Below, piece by piece: positions 15,521 to 25,385 of a DNA stretch of 64,000 nucleotides. The translations under genes and the position numbers were made by a program. The stretch covers positions 20,745 to 84,744 of the forward strand of contig JAQUBA010000002.1 in the NCBI GenBank assembly GCA_028686985.1. Reading direction: 5' to 3'. The number at the start of each line of letters is the position of its first letter. Position 1 is the stretch's first letter. The DNA is from Candidatus Iainarchaeum sp. Lineage in GTDB: Archaea > Micrarchaeota > Micrarchaeia > Anstonellales > Bilamarchaeaceae. Under the pieces are notes generated by a model. It was given only the letters and a program-made list of their open reading frames with translations, was not told where the DNA came from and did not search any database.

Positions 15521-17896
15521 GTGCAACTCATGCTCCAGAAATCATTTGACAACAAGCTAGAGGAGAAATGGCAGAAGCGCTGGCTGGACGAAAGCACATA
15601 TGCATTCCAGCCGGGCAGCGATGGGCCCCTCTACACGCTGGACACCCCGCCGCCCTTCACGAGCGGCGAGCTGCACATGGGCCATGTCCTTTCCTATGCA
15701 TATTTTGACTTCGTGGCCCGCTACAAGCGCATGAACGGGTACAACGTCTTCTACCCGCAGGGCTGGGACACGCAGGGCTTCCCCACCGAGACCAAGGTGG
15801 AGAAGAAGCACGGAAGGCTGCCGCCAGTGGAATTCCGGAAGAAATGCGTTGAATGGACAATTGACATGATTGCGAAGATGAAGGATTCCATGGTGAAGAT
15901 GGGCTATTCCCCGGACTGGAACTACCAGTACAGGACGATGGACCCGGAATACCACAGGAAGGTCCAGCTCTCCCTGGTGCAGATGTACGGCAAGAAGATG
16001 GTGTACAGGGCGAAGCACCCGGTCTATTGGTGCACCCGTTGCAGGAGCGCCCTTGCAAAGACGGATACCGAGGACGTGGAACGGAGCGCGCTCCTGAATT
16101 ATTTCATATTCACCGGGCCGGAGGGCGAGCCATTGGAGATAGCGACCACCCGGCCCGAGCTGATGCCCGCCTGCGTCGCCGTGATGTTCCATCCCGAAGA
16201 CGGCAGGTACAAGCACCTTGCGGGAAAAACGATAACCACCGCCCTGGGAAAGAAGGTGCCGGCAATCGCGGACAAGGACGTGCTCAAGGACTTCGGCACC
16301 GGATTGCTGATGGTCTGCACGTTCGGCGACAAGATGGACGTCATCTGGTCATACAGGCACAAGCTCCCGGCCATAGACTCCATCGCGCCCTGGGGCAAGA
16401 TGCAGAACACGGGAATCGTGGACAACATGACCGTGGAGGACGCTAAAAAAGCGATCATAGAGATGCTGAGGGAGAAAGGCAAGCTGGTGAAGCAGGAGCC
16501 GCTCCAGCAGACGGTGAAACTGCACGACCGGTGCAAGCACACGGTAGAGTTCCTCCCCTCCTTCCAGTGGTTCGCGGACATCACAAGGCATCGCGATGAA
16601 ATCAAGAAATTGGCTGAGAAGATAGAGTGGATTCCCGATTTCGGCATACATTACCTATATGATTGGGCGGACTCGGTGGAATGGGACTGGGTCATCTCCA
16701 GGCAGAGGGTCTTCGGCACGCCCCTCCCCTTCTACAACTGCGAAAAGTGCGGCGCCACCCTGCCATGCGGCGAGGACGAACTGCCCTTCTCCCCGGAACG
16801 CGCAAGGGAGCACAAATGCCCCTCCTGCGGGGAAAAGATGAAGCCGGAGACGGACGTCTGCGACTGCTGGGTGGATTCCTCCATTTCCCCGTTGGTAATC
16901 GCGGACTGGCCGGAGATGAAGAACCCGGGGCTGTACCCGTCCTCCCTCCGCCCGCAGGGCGTGGAAATAGTCCGCACCTGGGCATTCTATACAATCTACA
17001 GGAGCGGGCTCGCGCTCACCGGGAAGCCGCCCTGGAAAACCATCCTTTTGAACGGGAACGTCCTCGCCCCGGACGGGAAGAAGATGAGCAAGTCCCTGGG
17101 CAACGTAATCCAGCCCGCGGAGCTTTTGCGGGATTACCAGACGGACGCCCTGAGGCAGTGGGCGGCGATGAGCGGCGCCATGGCCAAGGACCGCCCCTTC
17201 TCGTTTGAGGACATAAAGTTCGCAAAGACCTTCCTGAACAAGTGGTGGAACGGCGCCCGTTTCATTGAAACCGGATTGCAGGGGTATGATGGCGGGAAGC
17301 CGAAGCACCTGAAAAAGACGGACAAGTGGATGCTGGAGCGCCTCGCCCTGGTTACGGAACAAGCAACCGCAGCGATGGAAAAATACGAATTCCACTCCGC
17401 AGTGAAGCTTTTGCAGAACTTCTTCTGGCATGATGTCTGCGATGATTACCTGGAATATGTGAAATACCGGATATACGGCGAGGATGCGGAGGACAAGAAG
17501 GCGGCGCAGCATGTATTGCATACAGTCCTCTATGATTTCACAAAGCTGATGGCGCCCTTCACCCCGCACATCTCCGAAGAGCTATACGTGGAAATGTTCG
17601 GCAGCAAGGAAGGGAAATCCGTGCATCTCGCCCCCTGGCCCAAGCCGGAGGAGCGCTTCCCCGGTGAAAACATGGAGGTGGAGCAGCTCCGCGTGCTCGT
17701 CTCCACCGTGCGGCAGCACAAGGCATCCAGCAAACTCTCCCAGGCGGCATGGCTTTCCAAGGTGAAAATCTCATTGCCCAAGCCCCTGCACAAGGAACTG
17801 CAGGAGGAACTGAAGAACATCTCCAGGATAAAGGAGCTGGAGATGGGCGAGGGCGAATTCGCGATGGATTTCTCCGAAGCCAGGCCGGTGCAGTGA
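15521..17896 (+). CDS. valS: Valyl-tRNA synthetase (compact)
   Basis: 791 aa; TPPPFTSGELHMGHV class I signature, KMSKSLGN, WVISRQRVFGTPLP. Confidence 0.8.
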   Translation: MQLMLQKSFDNKLEEKWQKRWLDESTYAFQPGSDGPLYTLDTPPPFTSGELHMGHVLSYAYFDFVARYKRMNGYNVFYPQGWDTQGFPTETKVEKKHGRLPPVEFRKKCVEWTIDMIAKMKDSMVKMGYSPDWNYQYRTMDPEYHRKVQLSLVQMYGKKMVYRAKHPVYWCTRCRSALAKTDTEDVERSALLNYFIFTGPEGEPLEIATTRPELMPACVAVMFHPEDGRYKHLAGKTITTALGKKVPAIADKDVLKDFGTGLLMVCTFGDKMDVIWSYRHKLPAIDSIAPWGKMQNTGIVDNMTVEDAKKAIIEMLREKGKLVKQEPLQQTVKLHDRCKHTVEFLPSFQWFADITRHRDEIKKLAEKIEWIPDFGIHYLYDWADSVEWDWVISRQRVFGTPLPFYNCEKCGATLPCGEDELPFSPERAREHKCPSCGEKMKPETDVCDCWVDSSISPLVIADWPEMKNPGLYPSSLRPQGVEIVRTWAFYTIYRSGLALTGKPPWKTILLNGNVLAPDGKKMSKSLGNVIQPAELLRDYQTDALRQWAAMSGAMAKDRPFSFEDIKFAKTFLNKWWNGARFIETGLQGYDGGKPKHLKKTDKWMLERLALVTEQATAAMEKYEFHSAVKLLQNFFWHDVCDDYLEYVKYRIYGEDAEDKKAAQHVLHTVLYDFTKLMAPFTPHISEELYVEMFGSKEGKSVHLAPWPKPEERFPGENMEVEQLRVLVSTVRQHKASSKLSQAAWLSKVKISLPKPLHKELQEELKNISRIKELEMGEGEFAMDFSEARPVQ

Positions 17897-17933
17897 GGGC
17901 AACTGCTAAAAATATTCCGGGGTAATCCGTATC

Positions 17934-19196
17934 GTGTTTGAACTGGAACAGAACAAAACCAATGTGAAGACCGAATTTATAGCGGCCCTCACCACATTTT
18001 TCACCCTCTCATACATTTTCGTGATAAACCCCCGCTTCCTTGCGGATGCCGGCATGGACTATGGCGCGGTTTTTGTGGCGACCGCAATCTCTGGGGGGAT
18101 AGCGACGCTGCTCATGGGCGTCCTTTTGAACAGGCCCTTTGCGCTGGTCGCGGGGATGGGCCTGAACAGCTACTTTTCCTACTCCATAGTGCGTACGATG
18201 GGCTTCAGGTGGGAGGCTGCGCTGGCGGCGGTTTTTGCCTCAAACATCCTGATCCTCATCATCGTGCTGCTGCGGATAAATTTTTCCAAGGCAATCCCCG
18301 AAAGCTTCAAGCACGCCCTCATCGCGGGGCTGGGCCTTTTCCTTGTTTTCATAGGGATGCAGAACGCCCATTTCGTCGTCATGAACCCAAACACCTTTGT
18401 TTCCATAGGCGACCTCACCCAGCCCGCCGCCCTGATTGCGGTGTTCGGCTTTTTCGTGACAAGTGCGCTCGTTGTGAAGAATGTGAAGGGAGGGATGTTC
18501 CTAGGAGTGGTTGCCACGACGCTGGTGGCGATGCTCGCCGGATTCGCCCCCCTCCCGGCCGGCATATTTGAGATGCCGCCGGACGTTTCCAGCGTCGCAT
18601 TCAGGATGGACCTCCAGGCGCTTTCCGACCCCGCGCTGTTCCCTGTGGTATGGTCCCTTTTCATAATAGTCCTTCTGGACCTGGTCGGCAGCATAACTGC
18701 GCTGAGCGTAAAGGCTGGAAAAAGCATGGAGGGGCTTGACAAGGCGATAGGGGTGAACGCGGTTGGCGGGGCGATAGGGGCTGGCCTGGGGACAAGCCCC
18801 ATGATAACTTATCTGGAAAGCGCGTCGGGAATAGAGGCGGGCGGGCGAACCGGCCTTACCGCGGTTTTCATCGCGCTGTTCTTTTTCATCTCCATATTCT
18901 TTTTCCCGGTGATAAGCGCCATCCCCATAGAGGCCGCGGCCCCGGTGATGATAATAGTGGGGGAAATGATGCTCCTCCAGATAAGGTTCATAGACCTGAA
19001 AGACCATACGGAGGCGATTCCGGCGCTGATGACGGTCGCAACAATCCCATTCACGTTCTCAATCTCAAACGGGATAGGCGTGGGCTCCATTGCATACATC
19101 TTCCTGAAGCTGGTTTCCAAAAAGCCGCAGGAAATACACCCCGCGATGTACCTGATTGCCCTGTTGTCCATCCTCGCATTCGCGAATGTCCTCTAG
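17934..19196 (+). CDS. AzgA/PbuG-like purine (guanine/hypoxanthine) permease, NCS2 family
   Basis: 420 aa, ~12 TM; N-terminus NVKTEFIAALTTFFTLSYIFVINP typical of AzgA-type permeases. Confidence 0.7.
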   Translation: MFELEQNKTNVKTEFIAALTTFFTLSYIFVINPRFLADAGMDYGAVFVATAISGGIATLLMGVLLNRPFALVAGMGLNSYFSYSIVRTMGFRWEAALAAVFASNILILIIVLLRINFSKAIPESFKHALIAGLGLFLVFIGMQNAHFVVMNPNTFVSIGDLTQPAALIAVFGFFVTSALVVKNVKGGMFLGVVATTLVAMLAGFAPLPAGIFEMPPDVSSVAFRMDLQALSDPALFPVVWSLFIIVLLDLVGSITALSVKAGKSMEGLDKAIGVNAVGGAIGAGLGTSPMITYLESASGIEAGGRTGLTAVFIALFFFISIFFFPVISAIPIEAAAPVMIIVGEMMLLQIRFIDLKDHTEAIPALMTVATIPFTFSISNGIGVGSIAYIFLKLVSKKPQEIHPAMYLIALLSILAFANVL

Positions 19197-19238
19197 CGGA
19201 GGCGCAGCTTTTTATTCTGTTTCCGTTTATAGCATATC

Positions 19239-19946
19239 ATGAGCAGGCACTCGCTGCGCCCCATGAGCACGGCCATGATGGCCAAGGCGGAGAGAGGCGC
19301 GAATAGGCTGAATTCCCTCCTTGAGAGGCATCTGGACCCCGAACAGCTCTGCGAAGCCCTCGGCGCCGTAAGGACCAGGGCGCTGATGCGCCTTTCCAGG
19401 AAGTTCTACAAATCCACAAGGGAGCTTCTTGAAAGGTTCGCCACAAGGTACGGGGACGACACAAGGAGGGCGCTCGCCCACGTCCTCTCCATCGCGGTGC
19501 AGAAAGAGGATTTCTCCATCAGCTACGATTCCTGGCTCCGCTCCCTTGGGATGCTCGCGGATGCGCTGCACGCAAAGGGCATGGATGCCGCCGGCTTCCT
19601 CAGGTTCTCCTTTTCCGACGTAGTGAAGGAATGCGGCACATGCGAAGAGCTGGACGCAGCGGCCAGGGTCGCCATTCAATATTCCGACAGGCTCGGCAAC
19701 CCCAATGGATTCTGCAAGGATGCGCTCTCCCGCATAGTCGCCCTGCACATGCCGGCTTCGGAATTCGTCAATTTCTGCGATGTGCTCATGGAAAGGCTGC
19801 AAACCGCAGGCCCGGACGCCGCGAGGAACGAACTGGTGCGGGCGGTTGCCAGGGAGCTGGAAATCTCCGGGGCAATGGCTCCGGAGAACGCGCGGAAGCT
19901 TATCGGGTTCCTCAGGGCTGGCCCTTCCCCGCCTTCTTCACCTTAA
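19239..19946 (+). CDS. Hypothetical protein
   Basis: 235 aa, GC3-rich coding-like frame; the overlapping minus-strand ORF 19227..19802 is judged antisense artefact. Confidence 0.4.
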   Translation: MSRHSLRPMSTAMMAKAERGANRLNSLLERHLDPEQLCEALGAVRTRALMRLSRKFYKSTRELLERFATRYGDDTRRALAHVLSIAVQKEDFSISYDSWLRSLGMLADALHAKGMDAAGFLRFSFSDVVKECGTCEELDAAARVAIQYSDRLGNPNGFCKDALSRIVALHMPASEFVNFCDVLMERLQTAGPDAARNELVRAVARELEISGAMAPENARKLIGFLRAGPSPPSSP

Positions 19947-20340
19947 CCTTTACTGCAACCCACGCAACCAGCGCGGCCACGCATGCCCCGAGAAGCGTAT
20001 TCAGGATTAGCGAAACCAAAATCACGAACGCGAGCGAATACATGTCCGGCACCCGGACCCCAAGCACGGGAACGCCCACCGCCCACCCGGCAAAAATCGC
20101 AAGGGAATAGACCATGTTCGCGGAAAGCGCTATCTCCGCCCCCGCGGCCGCCGCCCTCTTCAAATTCCCTGCAAACCCCAATGCGCAATAGATGATTACA
20201 AAGTACAGCAGGAGGGAGAAAAACAGGTTTTCCATTGCATAGGCCGCAAGCGGCGGGACGCTCCCGCCGAGTATCAGTGCGGATTCCACCAGTGCAATCC
20301 CGGCCGCAAGCAGCGCCGCCGTCTTCACCTTCATTTTCAT
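19912..20340 (-). CDS. Hypothetical membrane protein co-transcribed downstream of pilin-like gene
   Basis: Start at MKMKVKTAALLAAGIA overlaps pilin stop; 4 TM helices. Confidence 0.45.
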   Translation of the reverse strand: MKMKVKTAALLAAGIALVESALILGGSVPPLAAYAMENLFFSLLLYFVIIYCALGFAGNLKRAAAAGAEIALSANMVYSLAIFAGWAVGVPVLGVRVPDMYSLAFVILVSLILNTLLGACVAALVAWVAVKVKVKKAGKGQP

Positions 20341-20861
20341 CAGTCCGTGGTCAGGACGCGAGCGGAAACCCTTCCGGAGACCGTGTGCGGATTGCCGGAT
20401 GTGCCGCACTCGGAATTCACTTCCCTTGCGCAGGAATAGTATGTGAGCGCGACATGCATCCTCTCAATATCATCCGGCGCAGGCTGCCTGTCCCCGGTGA
20501 ATGTGAACATGACCGTGGCGTTCTCCCCCTGCCCCAGCTCCGTGCCGACGCTCCCGGTCGTCCATGTGTACTCGCCCGCCCGCCCGAGGTCCGTAGTGGT
20601 GACCTTGACCTCGTCCAGAAGCATCGCGTATCCGAGCCGGTTCTGCACGCTCATCAGCAGCACGGTGCTGCTGCCCGAACGGTAAAGTTGGAAGGCGGTG
20701 CACGGTATGTCCGGCTGCATCACGCATTCCTCGCCCACGAAAGCCGAGGGATTGAAGATTCCTGTTGAAAGAAGTATTGCAATCACGACCACCAGGAGCA
20801 GCAGGGCCCACCCGTAGGTCACAAGGTATTCCGCAGCCGCCTGCCCTTTTTTGGAGCGCAT
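20340..20861 (-). CDS. Archaeal type IV pilin-like protein with class III signal peptide
   Basis: MRSKKGQAAAEYLVTYGWALLLLVVVIAILL: charged N-term, KGQAAAEYL prepilin-peptidase-type motif followed by a hydrophobic helix. Confidence 0.7.
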   Translation of the reverse strand: MRSKKGQAAAEYLVTYGWALLLLVVVIAILLSTGIFNPSAFVGEECVMQPDIPCTAFQLYRSGSSTVLLMSVQNRLGYAMLLDEVKVTTTDLGRAGEYTWTTGSVGTELGQGENATVMFTFTGDRQPAPDDIERMHVALTYYSCAREVNSECGTSGNPHTVSGRVSARVLTTD

Positions 20862-20923
20862 GCCCTTCCCTTCACATAAAAGCTTAAAAAAGGGTGAGGA
20901 TAAACTCCTTTGCGTGGTATTGG

Positions 20924-22603
20924 ATGGCAGAGAAAAAGCCACAGATAGCGGACGCGATGAGCTATTACCAGATTGCCAACGACTTTTTCGAGAAAGGCGA
21001 CTACGAAAAGGCGATTGAGAACTACAATATGGCGATACTGCTCAACCCCGTTTTTTCGGAGGCGTATTTCAACAGGGCGCTTTGCTACTACCAGCTTAAG
21101 AACTACGACAAGTCAATAGCGGACTACTCCAAGGCTGCGGAGCTGGACCCGAAGAACCCCAACATATACAATAACAAGGGCGACGCCTTTTACCGCAAGC
21201 AGGATTATGCGAGCGCGATAAAGGACTACGACAAGGCGGTCATGCTCAACCCGAATTACCTGAAGGCATTATACAACCGCGCCCTTTCCTACGCCTCCCT
21301 GGAGGACTACGACAAGGCGGTGGAGGACTTCACAAAAGTTGTCAGGCTCAAGCCGGATTTCGCGGAGGCATACCACCTCCGGGGCCTCGCATACGAGTAC
21401 GCGGGGGATTTGGACGGCGCCATAAAGGATTATGAAAAGGCATTGGAGCTGAACCCCGGGCTCTCGGAAGCCCGCTCGCACATGGAGGCCGCCAAGAGCA
21501 AGCAGAAGAGCGGCTCGGGCGGCGAAGGCGGAACCTCGGAAATCAAGGTGCTCAAGAAGCCCACCATGAACTTCAGCGACGTGGCGGGAATGGAGAAGAT
21601 GAAGGAAGAGATACGGGAGGATGTAATCTATCCCATGGCGAAGCCGGAGCTCGCGCGCAAGTACGGCAAGCTCGGCGGAGGAGGACTGATGATGTACGGC
21701 CCGCCCGGCTGCGGAAAGACGTTCATCGTGAAAGCCGCCGCGGGCGAGTGCGAGGCCTCCTTCATAAATGCAAAACTTTCCGACCTCCTGGACATGTACG
21801 TGGGCAACACCGAAAAGAACATCCACAAGGTCTTTGAAACCGCGCGCAAGAACACGCCATGCATACTATTCTTTGATGAAGTGGATGCAATCGGCGGCAG
21901 GAGGGACCAGCAGGAGGGCGCCCAGTACATGAAGATGGCGGTCAACCAGATGCTGTACGAGATGGACGGCATAGAGGCGGGGAACCAGAACGTGCTGGTC
22001 ATAGCCGCGACCAACGCGCCGTGGGACGTTGACCCCGCGCTGAGGAGGAGCGGCAGGTTCGGCAAGACGGTCTACGTGCCCGAGCCGGACATTGTTTCAA
22101 GGTACGCAATCATAAAGATGCACGCGAAGAAGCTGCCCCTGGCGAGCTTCATCCCGTACTGGCGGCTCGCGGTCGCCACCGCGGGCTACGCATCTTCCGA
22201 TTTGAAGGCCGTGGTTGAGGAGGCTGCCGCAATCCCGTGGAGGGAGGCGTTCAAGCACGGCAAGGAAAGGAGCATAACCGGCTCGGATTTCCTCGCCGCG
22301 GTCAGGAAGAAGAAGTCCTCGCTGCCCCCGTGGTACGAGCAGGCGAAGAAGCAGATAGGGAAGCAGGAGGAGCTCACGATAATAGACGGCAAGGAGCACA
22401 AGAAGGTCACCGAGAGCAAGATGGGGCCCGGGGAAAAGGAGGCGTTCAAGGACCTGCTCAAGCTCATAGACAAGAGGAACAAGTGGTACGAGAAGATGAT
22501 AAACGGCATCATGAGGGAGTTCGCGCTCTCGTTCCTGGGTGTGACCGCGGAGATGTTCCTCTCCCCGTTCGGCGTGATACTGGTCCGGAAGAAAAAGGGA
22601 TAA
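20924..22603 (+). CDS. TPR-repeat protein fused to a single AAA+ ATPase domain (Vps4/katanin-like classic AAA)
   Basis: N-terminal ~190 aa of TPR repeats (AYFNRALCYYQLKNYDKSIADYSKA...); Walker A LMMYGPPGCGKTF, Walker B ILFFDEVDAIGG, second region of homology with arginine finger. Confidence 0.75.
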   Translation: MAEKKPQIADAMSYYQIANDFFEKGDYEKAIENYNMAILLNPVFSEAYFNRALCYYQLKNYDKSIADYSKAAELDPKNPNIYNNKGDAFYRKQDYASAIKDYDKAVMLNPNYLKALYNRALSYASLEDYDKAVEDFTKVVRLKPDFAEAYHLRGLAYEYAGDLDGAIKDYEKALELNPGLSEARSHMEAAKSKQKSGSGGEGGTSEIKVLKKPTMNFSDVAGMEKMKEEIREDVIYPMAKPELARKYGKLGGGGLMMYGPPGCGKTFIVKAAAGECEASFINAKLSDLLDMYVGNTEKNIHKVFETARKNTPCILFFDEVDAIGGRRDQQEGAQYMKMAVNQMLYEMDGIEAGNQNVLVIAATNAPWDVDPALRRSGRFGKTVYVPEPDIVSRYAIIKMHAKKLPLASFIPYWRLAVATAGYASSDLKAVVEEAAAIPWREAFKHGKERSITGSDFLAAVRKKKSSLPPWYEQAKKQIGKQEELTIIDGKEHKKVTESKMGPGEKEAFKDLLKLIDKRNKWYEKMINGIMREFALSFLGVTAEMFLSPFGVILVRKKKG

Positions 22604-22634
22604 CTTTTTATATTTCCGCGGCTCCACATAGCCG

Positions 22635-23852
22635 ATGCTCGTAAAGAACGCCAAATTCTTCCTTGACGGGAAAATGACGGAGAAGGACATCCTCATGGAG
22701 GGCGGGAGGATAAAATCCCTCGGCCATTTCCCCGGGAACGGCATGGACGCCTCCGGCTATCTCGTGCTTCCGGGCCTCATAGACGCCCACGTGCACCTGC
22801 GCGACCCGGGCGCCACGCAGAAGGAGGACTTCCGTTCCGGCACCAGGGCGGCAATCGCGGGCGGAATAACGACCGTGCTGGACATGCCCAACAACAACCC
22901 CCCCACCACCACGCTCGCGCGGCTGGAGGAGAAGCGCGCAATCGCATCCAGAAAGGCCGTGTGCGACTACGGCTTCCATTTCGGCGCGGGAACGAATAAT
23001 TTTGGCGAGATTGAAAGGGCGAGGCCCGGCTCCCTAAAGGTGTATATGGGAAAAACCACCGGCGACCTCTTCCTTCCGGACGACAGGCTCGTTTTCCTGC
23101 ACTTCCAGAATTTCCCAAAGAAAAAACCCATAGTCGTGCATGCCGAGGACCAAACCATAATAGACACCGAGGGACGCACCCCCCTCGCGGCGCGGGCCGC
23201 GGCGGCGAAGGCGGCGATGCTCGCGGAAAAGGCGGGCCGCACAATCTGCATCGCGCACGCCAGCACCGCGCGCGAAATGGAACTGGCGAAGAGATGGAAA
23301 AAATCCTTCGTGGAAACCTGCCCGCATTACCTTTTCTTGAACGAGGAAAAGGTCAAGCGCCTCGGAAATTTTTCCAGGGTGAATCCGCCGGTGCGCAGCG
23401 AGCGGGAGAGGAGAAAGATGTGGGCCGCGCTGGGCATGGTAGATTACGTTTCCACGGACCACGCCCCCCACCTTCCCGAGGAAAAGGAGAAGGGGGCCGC
23501 GGGCTTCCCGGGGCTTGAGACATCGCTAGCCCTGATGCTGGACGCATACAACAAAAGGCAAATCGGGATGGAATGGATACTCTCAAGGATGTGCGAAAAC
23601 CCGGCCCGCATATTCAACATAAAAGGCAAGGGGAAAATCGCGCCCGGCTTCCAGGCGGACCTTGTTTTCGTGGACCTGAGGAAGGAATGGAAGGTGCGCG
23701 CGGAAAGAATGCAGGGCAAGTGCGGCTGGACGCCCTACGAGGGGATGGCCCTTAAGGGAAAGGCAGAGAAGGTCATTTTCCGCGGCGAGCTTGTTTTTGA
23801 GGGGGATGCAATAACAGGAAAAAGCGGAATAGGAAAAGAAGTCATGGCATAA
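22635..23852 (+). CDS. pyrC: Dihydroorotase (cyclic amidohydrolase)
   Basis: 405 aa; LPGLIDAHVHLRDPG metal site, DHAPH motif, amidohydrolase fold. Confidence 0.75.
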   Translation: MLVKNAKFFLDGKMTEKDILMEGGRIKSLGHFPGNGMDASGYLVLPGLIDAHVHLRDPGATQKEDFRSGTRAAIAGGITTVLDMPNNNPPTTTLARLEEKRAIASRKAVCDYGFHFGAGTNNFGEIERARPGSLKVYMGKTTGDLFLPDDRLVFLHFQNFPKKKPIVVHAEDQTIIDTEGRTPLAARAAAAKAAMLAEKAGRTICIAHASTAREMELAKRWKKSFVETCPHYLFLNEEKVKRLGNFSRVNPPVRSERERRKMWAALGMVDYVSTDHAPHLPEEKEKGAAGFPGLETSLALMLDAYNKRQIGMEWILSRMCENPARIFNIKGKGKIAPGFQADLVFVDLRKEWKVRAERMQGKCGWTPYEGMALKGKAEKVIFRGELVFEGDAITGKSGIGKEVMA

Positions 23853-24282
23853 CCGCGGACGAGGACGCCACTTCCACGCCCACCATATCGCCCAGGTTGG
23901 TTATCTCAAGCCGGTACCTTCCGGGGCTCGTTATCGTCCTTCCGTCAGAAATCCTGAAGTCCGTGGGCTGCACCACGTCGCTGTCCCCGGACGGGAGCCC
24001 CGCGGTGAAGACGACCTCGTGCCCCTCTATGCTGACCCTCTTCACGTTGTTCGGCACGTATACCTCGGTTATTATGGATGAGCCCTCGCCCATGTAGCCG
24101 ATTGCGTTGATGAGGTACGCGACCCTCGCCGCGGAGAAGTGCGCCTGCAGCACGGAAAGGTCCGCGTTCGCGTCCCCCAGCTTCAGGTACATCACGGACA
24201 TCAGGGGTATGAACAGCAGTAGTATGAACCCTACGACAATAAGCAGTTCGTTGCTGACCTGCCCTTTCATTCCCATGCGCAT
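23842..24282 (-). CDS. Second type IV pilin-like protein with class III signal peptide
   Basis: MRMGMKGQVSNELLIVVGFILLLFIPL - KGQ + hydrophobic helix; 146 aa. Confidence 0.65.
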   Translation of the reverse strand: MRMGMKGQVSNELLIVVGFILLLFIPLMSVMYLKLGDANADLSVLQAHFSAARVAYLINAIGYMGEGSSIITEVYVPNNVKRVSIEGHEVVFTAGLPSGDSDVVQPTDFRISDGRTITSPGRYRLEITNLGDMVGVEVASSSAVMP

Positions 24283-24287
24283 CCACC

Positions 24288-25361
24288 TTACCTGAAAGAC
24301 CTCTTCTTCATCTTCATGTATGCCTTCCTCTTCGTAAGAAGGCTTTTTATTTCTGCGGCTGTGCCGCTTATAGCGCTCCCGAGGTCGTAAGACTCCACCT
24401 TGAGCGGTATCGGCTGGTCCATCTCCACGTGGGTGTTCACCACATAAGTGGACTTCCCCCTCTTTATCCTGACGTTGATGCTGTCTATCTCAAAGGTGTC
24501 AAGGAAGTTGGCCACGGCCTTCCTAAGCTCGCTTATTATCAGGTCATAGTTCCCCATCTCATCCTCGGAAAGCCCGCTTATGAAGACGTCCGGCTTCTTG
24601 GAGTGCAGGCTCACCAGGAATTTCATAACGTCCCTGGCGGTCACCACGCCAACCGGCTTGTCGCCATCCATCACCGTGATTGCGGAAACGCTGTGCGCCG
24701 CCATCTTCTTCGCGGCCTCGTGCAGCGTGCCGCCCATAGATACGCTGACGAACTTGTCGCGCATCATCTGGCGCACCGGCTTGCCGTCCACGGCGTTGAC
24801 CTCGGTTATGAACATGAAATCCCTGCCCTTCGGTTCCAGCAAGGCGCGCGAGATGTCCATCGTGGAAACCGTCCCCACGATTTTCCTGCCTTCGGTGATT
24901 GCGAGCCTGTGCACGCCCATGCTCTTCATCACCCTCCTGGCTACCGCGACGCTCTCGTTCGCGTCCACGCTGTATATCGGGGAGTTCATCAGCGCATCCA
25001 CACTCATCTTGGGTATCGCCCTTTCCCTTATCAGCATCTCCAGCAGCTTCGCCCTGCTGACCGCGCCCAGGATTGCGCCGGCCCTCACGACCGGCAGCGC
25101 CTTGAAATGGCCCGCAAGGAACCTGTCCATCATCTCCATCGTGCCCATCTCCTCGCTCAGGGGGGGAGCGCGCACCGCCATGTTGATGCATTTCGCCTTG
25201 CTGGAGTCATGTATGCCGCCCCTCATCTGGCGGTCGTCTATTATGCCGTAATATTTGCCCCCCTTCGTAACCACCGCAATCGTGCCTCCGGTCACTACCT
25301 CGCTGAGTGCCTTTGAAAGTGGTTCCTCCCCGTCAAAAATAGCCGCCCTCTCGTAGTCCAT
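24288..25361 (-). CDS. CBS-domain protein (tandem CBS pairs)
   Basis: Repeated CBS-like segments; start set at MDYERAAIF to avoid overlap with scpA. Confidence 0.6.
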   Translation of the reverse strand: MDYERAAIFDGEEPLSKALSEVVTGGTIAVVTKGGKYYGIIDDRQMRGGIHDSSKAKCINMAVRAPPLSEEMGTMEMMDRFLAGHFKALPVVRAGAILGAVSRAKLLEMLIRERAIPKMSVDALMNSPIYSVDANESVAVARRVMKSMGVHRLAITEGRKIVGTVSTMDISRALLEPKGRDFMFITEVNAVDGKPVRQMMRDKFVSVSMGGTLHEAAKKMAAHSVSAITVMDGDKPVGVVTARDVMKFLVSLHSKKPDVFISGLSEDEMGNYDLIISELRKAVANFLDTFEIDSINVRIKRGKSTYVVNTHVEMDQPIPLKVESYDLGSAISGTAAEIKSLLTKRKAYMKMKKRSFR

Positions 25362-25385
25362 GCAAACACCGAAAGGGATATAATA

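Noticed and set aside
16655-17569. 304-aa minus ORF and multiple plus-frame R/G/P-rich ORFs inside valS
   Set aside because: Overlap a conserved valS reading frame. Compositionally artefactual.
19227-19802. 191-aa minus-strand ORF overlapping the 19239..19946 plus-strand hypothetical
   Set aside because: The plus-strand frame has GC3-biased, housekeeping-like codon usage. The minus ORF is Gly/Pro/Arg/His-rich. One of the two is real and I favour the plus strand, with moderate uncertainty.
22097-22744. 215-aa and 147-aa minus ORFs inside the TPR-AAA gene
   Set aside because: Antisense to a clear AAA+ domain. No support.
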